Below, piece after piece: positions 54,611 through 57,635 of a stretch of DNA of 57,635 nt; the first letter of the stretch is position 1, and each line of letters begins with the position of its first letter. The stretch is from assembly GCA_963575745.1 (NCBI GenBank), contig CAUYUJ010000008.1, positions 62,001-119,635 on the forward strand. The letters run 5' to 3'. The position numbers and the translations under genes are program-made. Source of the stretch: Prorocentrum cordatum (taxonomy: Eukaryota). Under the pieces are notes generated by a model, which was not told where the DNA came from, made no database searches, and saw nothing but the letters and a program-made list of their open reading frames with translations.

Positions 54611-57034
54611 GGACTCTTTATTTTCGTTCGGACGTTCTTCGTCGTTCGCGTTCGTCCCCCCCCGGCCCTGCGGCCCACTGGGGGAGGCGGGGCAGCCTCA
54701 GTCAGCGCCTTCCCCTCCCCGGTGTCCCCACGCAGCGGGCCACGCGAGCCACTTTGATGGAGAAGCCGGTACCCCCCTTGGGCGACTTCCCGGCCGCCCT
54801 CAATATTCGACGTAGTCTTGATCGCAGGACTTTGTGGAGGCTTGTTCGCGTGCGTGTGTGTGTGTGAGGGGAGAGGGAGAAAGAGGGAGATGTTGTTGCC
54901 GGGCGAAGACATCTGTCTATGTGTATATGTTCTGTATTAATCAGACTTTCAAGTGCAATCGACCTCTCAGGGCCTCTTGGGGTGGCGGGTTCGGGGCTTG
55001 TCGGCGTCCTGGAGCAGTGTTGGCATGTCTTGGGTCCGTTTGGGCAGGTCTTGGAGCCCTCTGGGAGACTTCTGAGGCCGTCTTGGAGTCGGAGCCGTCT
55101 TGTGACCCCGTGGGCAGTCTGTCAGCTGTCCTGGGGCGGTCTCGGGCTGCCTTGGGGTTCGACCTGGTAGGGCCTTCTTCGCGCTGCCTTGGGCTGCCCA
55201 GGGCCCTGTTGGGGGCCACTGTGGCCGCCTGGAGGCCGTCAGGGGCGGCCCCCAGGTCGCCTGGAAGCTCTCAAGAAGCTGTGCGGCAAATCCGACCGTT
55301 GTGCGCTGGAGCGTTGACGCCCCTTGTCGGGGTGGCGGGTCCTATCGTTGCTCCGCATGTTCCCCCCCCCCGCCAGCTGGGATGTCTTCACCCCCTCATC
55401 CAGTGGCTGCGCATCCGAGGGTCACTCTGAGGAGTAAGGAGCGCGCCGCAAGCGTCACGAGACGGGCGGAAGCAAACTTGTTGGGAGTTTCAGTCGGAAG
55501 ATTCGGGATGAGTTCTTGTTCCCCCCCATGACCCGAGCTGCCTCGATACGCCCGCTTCTGTACGCAACACGTACCGTGCTCGAAACGTCCGTGTCAATAC
55601 GTTGCGTGTTGGCTCAACGTATTGGCCCACGTTTTGGCGAACGTATCGCGTCAGACCTACGTGTCCAGTCTACGTGTGGAGCGCCGTATCAATACGGCAC
55701 GTGTTGCGTGTTGCGTATCGGGACAGCTAAGCCCAGGACCCGTCTGTCCACGGCGACGAGGGAATAGGCATCGGCATCGCAACGTCCCTCTCCCCCTACA
55801 GACCTCGCGCATGCGAAGGGTCTACTGCACGGCTCGGGTATCCATATACATTCGAGGCAGTTCGAGCCACGAGGTAATTGCCTTTGGTTCTGAATGCCCG
55901 CCGCGGGCGTGATACACGCGGTTGCAGCATCCTGTGCCCGAAATCATGTCAGGCTCTTGGCGTGTCTTTCCGTTCGCTTCTCTTCGCGTCTCCATCTGTT
56001 CCCGCTTCCCGCCTCCCCGCATCCCGCATTCAGCCGTAGATTCTGGCTCATCGTCCTCCTGTGCCCACCCACAAGGACGCATGGGTCCACACATTCTGGG
56101 TCCGCCTAGAGTCTGGTTCATTGCCCTTCTAGGCCTACCCCTTGGGAGTCTAGATCACTTCATTCAGTCGCCAACTTTGGTTTATCTAGAACCTGGTCAC
56201 GCTCGTCGTTCGCCACACATCCCTCTCCATCATTGTCATCATTTCAGCAATGCCCTCGTCTTCCCATGGTCGCTGCCTGCAGCTTGACTCCCAATCCGTC
56301 GCCAGGCGTCGACTTTCTGAGAAATGCCAAGACCCGAGGAAGTATGAGACGGGCGGCGTCCTGTGATATCGTGGGAAAGGCTGGCAAGGATGAATAGGAT
56401 GAGAGGGATGAGGAGGAGAATTGAGGAGGAGGGGGAGGAGCACAAGGAGGGAAGGAAGGAAGAAAGGAGAAGGAGCAAGGAGAAGGAGGAGGGAGGAGGA
56501 GGATAACGAGGACCAGGGTAGACCCAGTGTGCATTAAAGATGCTGCGGTGCGCCCTCCCGTGCCCAGTCCCGTCATAAAGTACCTACACATAGTCCTCCT
56601 CGCTGCGTCACGCGCCCCCTTGAAAGACGAGCGTCCAGCGGGTCTGCTATTCAGGCGGGAGCTCCGTTTCGAACAGGGTCCGCCATCCATCCGTCTTGGT
56701 GTATTGTCCGGAGGTTCTAAGAGCAGAGCTGTTCAGCGAGGACCCTGTTTTTCAAGCAGTGGCGAGGCGTCCTGGTTATCTTTCAGGCCTGCCAACTAAT
56801 GTTCCAACAACCTGTTGTGGTTTGCACGACATGTTCTTTCATCATTTCTGGCTGAGACCGTCTTGGTTTAAGATATCGGCGTCATTCCCTACCTAGGCTC
56901 TCTCTGCCTAGAAGGGTTCTTACCGTCTGTGCTTAAAGGGGCCGGGCAGTGCAAAACGCCCCGGGCGGTTCCCCCAGCATCCGCCCCGCGGTTCACCCAG
57001 TTACGTCCCCTTAACTGAGCGGTGCTTATCTCAT

Positions 57035-57400
57035 CTTAGCTTAGCTTATTTCATATTAGATTAGCTTAGCTTCATCTTCGCTCAGGCTATCTTAGCTTAG
57101 CTTACCTTCATTTTAATTAGCTCCGCCGAGCTTTAGCATCGCAGACCACAGCATAGCATAGCAGAGCGTAGCATAGCATAGAGCAGCACAGCATATCATA
57201 GCATAACCCAGCATAACGTACCATAGCGCAGCACAGCATATCATATCACAGCATCGTATAGCACAGCACAGCACAGCATAGCACATCGCAGCATAGCATA
57301 GCATAGCACAGCAGCAAAGCCAATGCAAAGCAACAGCAGCGACAGCAAAGCAAAGCAGAAACAACGCACATCAAAGCAAACCAACATCAAAAGCAAAGCA
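57035..57400. repeat. Pentanucleotide microsatellites (TAGCT/TAGCA/CAGCA/AAGCA)
   Basis: 5-nt periodicity. Confidence 0.9.
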
Positions 57401-57490
57401 AAGGTAAGGCAAACGAAAAGTAATGTGCGACAGATGCCGAGCTAGCCTCGATGGCCGGACCGCAGCCCCCGCAAGCAGTGCCTTCAGTGA

Positions 57491-57505
57491 CCATTTCGGC
57501 TCAAG
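57491..57505 (+). other. Relict dinoflagellate spliced leader (3' part)
   Basis: CCATTTCGGCTCAAG matches CCATTTTGGCTCAAG at 14/15 positions, 33 nt upstream of an ATG. Confidence 0.6.
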
Positions 57506-57538
57506 TCTGGAGGCCCTGCCACACAGCCGCCCACGCTC

Positions 57539-57635
57539 ATGTCCCGAGGTTTGCGGAGTGAGGCGTTCAGCGGTGCTGCGCAGCCCGCCTCGGCACCAGG
57601 TGGTGCTGCACAGCCCACCCGGCCTGTTGTGGCCA
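57539..57635 (+). CDS. Possible 5' end of a plus-strand gene running off the window
   Basis: ATG at 57539 follows an SL relict, and the frame is open to the window end (MSRGLRSEAFSGAAQPASAPGG...). Confidence 0.35.
   Translation, partial: MSRGLRSEAFSGAAQPASAPGGAAQPTRPVVA

Overview
GC-rich, repeat-saturated eukaryotic DNA with the hallmarks of a dinoflagellate nucleus: relict spliced-leader (DinoSL) sequences, GC-donor/AG|G-acceptor introns and co-oriented genes. The repeat families resemble Prorocentrum-type genomes (inference). Most ORFs in the six-frame track are artefacts of (CAT)n/(CCT)n/(GAG)n microsatellites and GC-rich DNA. Supported content: (1) a decayed ~8.7 kb non-LTR retrotransposon (+) with hydrophobic N-terminal segments, an LRGG motif, an intact OTU-type cysteine protease, zinc fingers, AP endonuclease, RT, zf-RVT and RNase H; (2) a decayed Copia-type LTR element (-, 21001-29054) with a DNA-methyltransferase-like domain between protease and integrase; (3) an M14 zinc carboxypeptidase gene (-) that the ORF track does not assemble, rebuilt here from six short exons across >24 kb, with the Copia inside one intron; (4) minus-strand genes for a LYRM5/ETFRF1-like protein, an intronless SL-relict retrogene and a cyclic-nucleotide-binding channel fragment with an extra C-terminal domain; (5) several MITE families, some giving spliceable introner-like junctions, a SINE-like repeat with CCT tails, and two minisatellite arrays. 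No CRISPR array, rRNA or tRNA gene was recognised.
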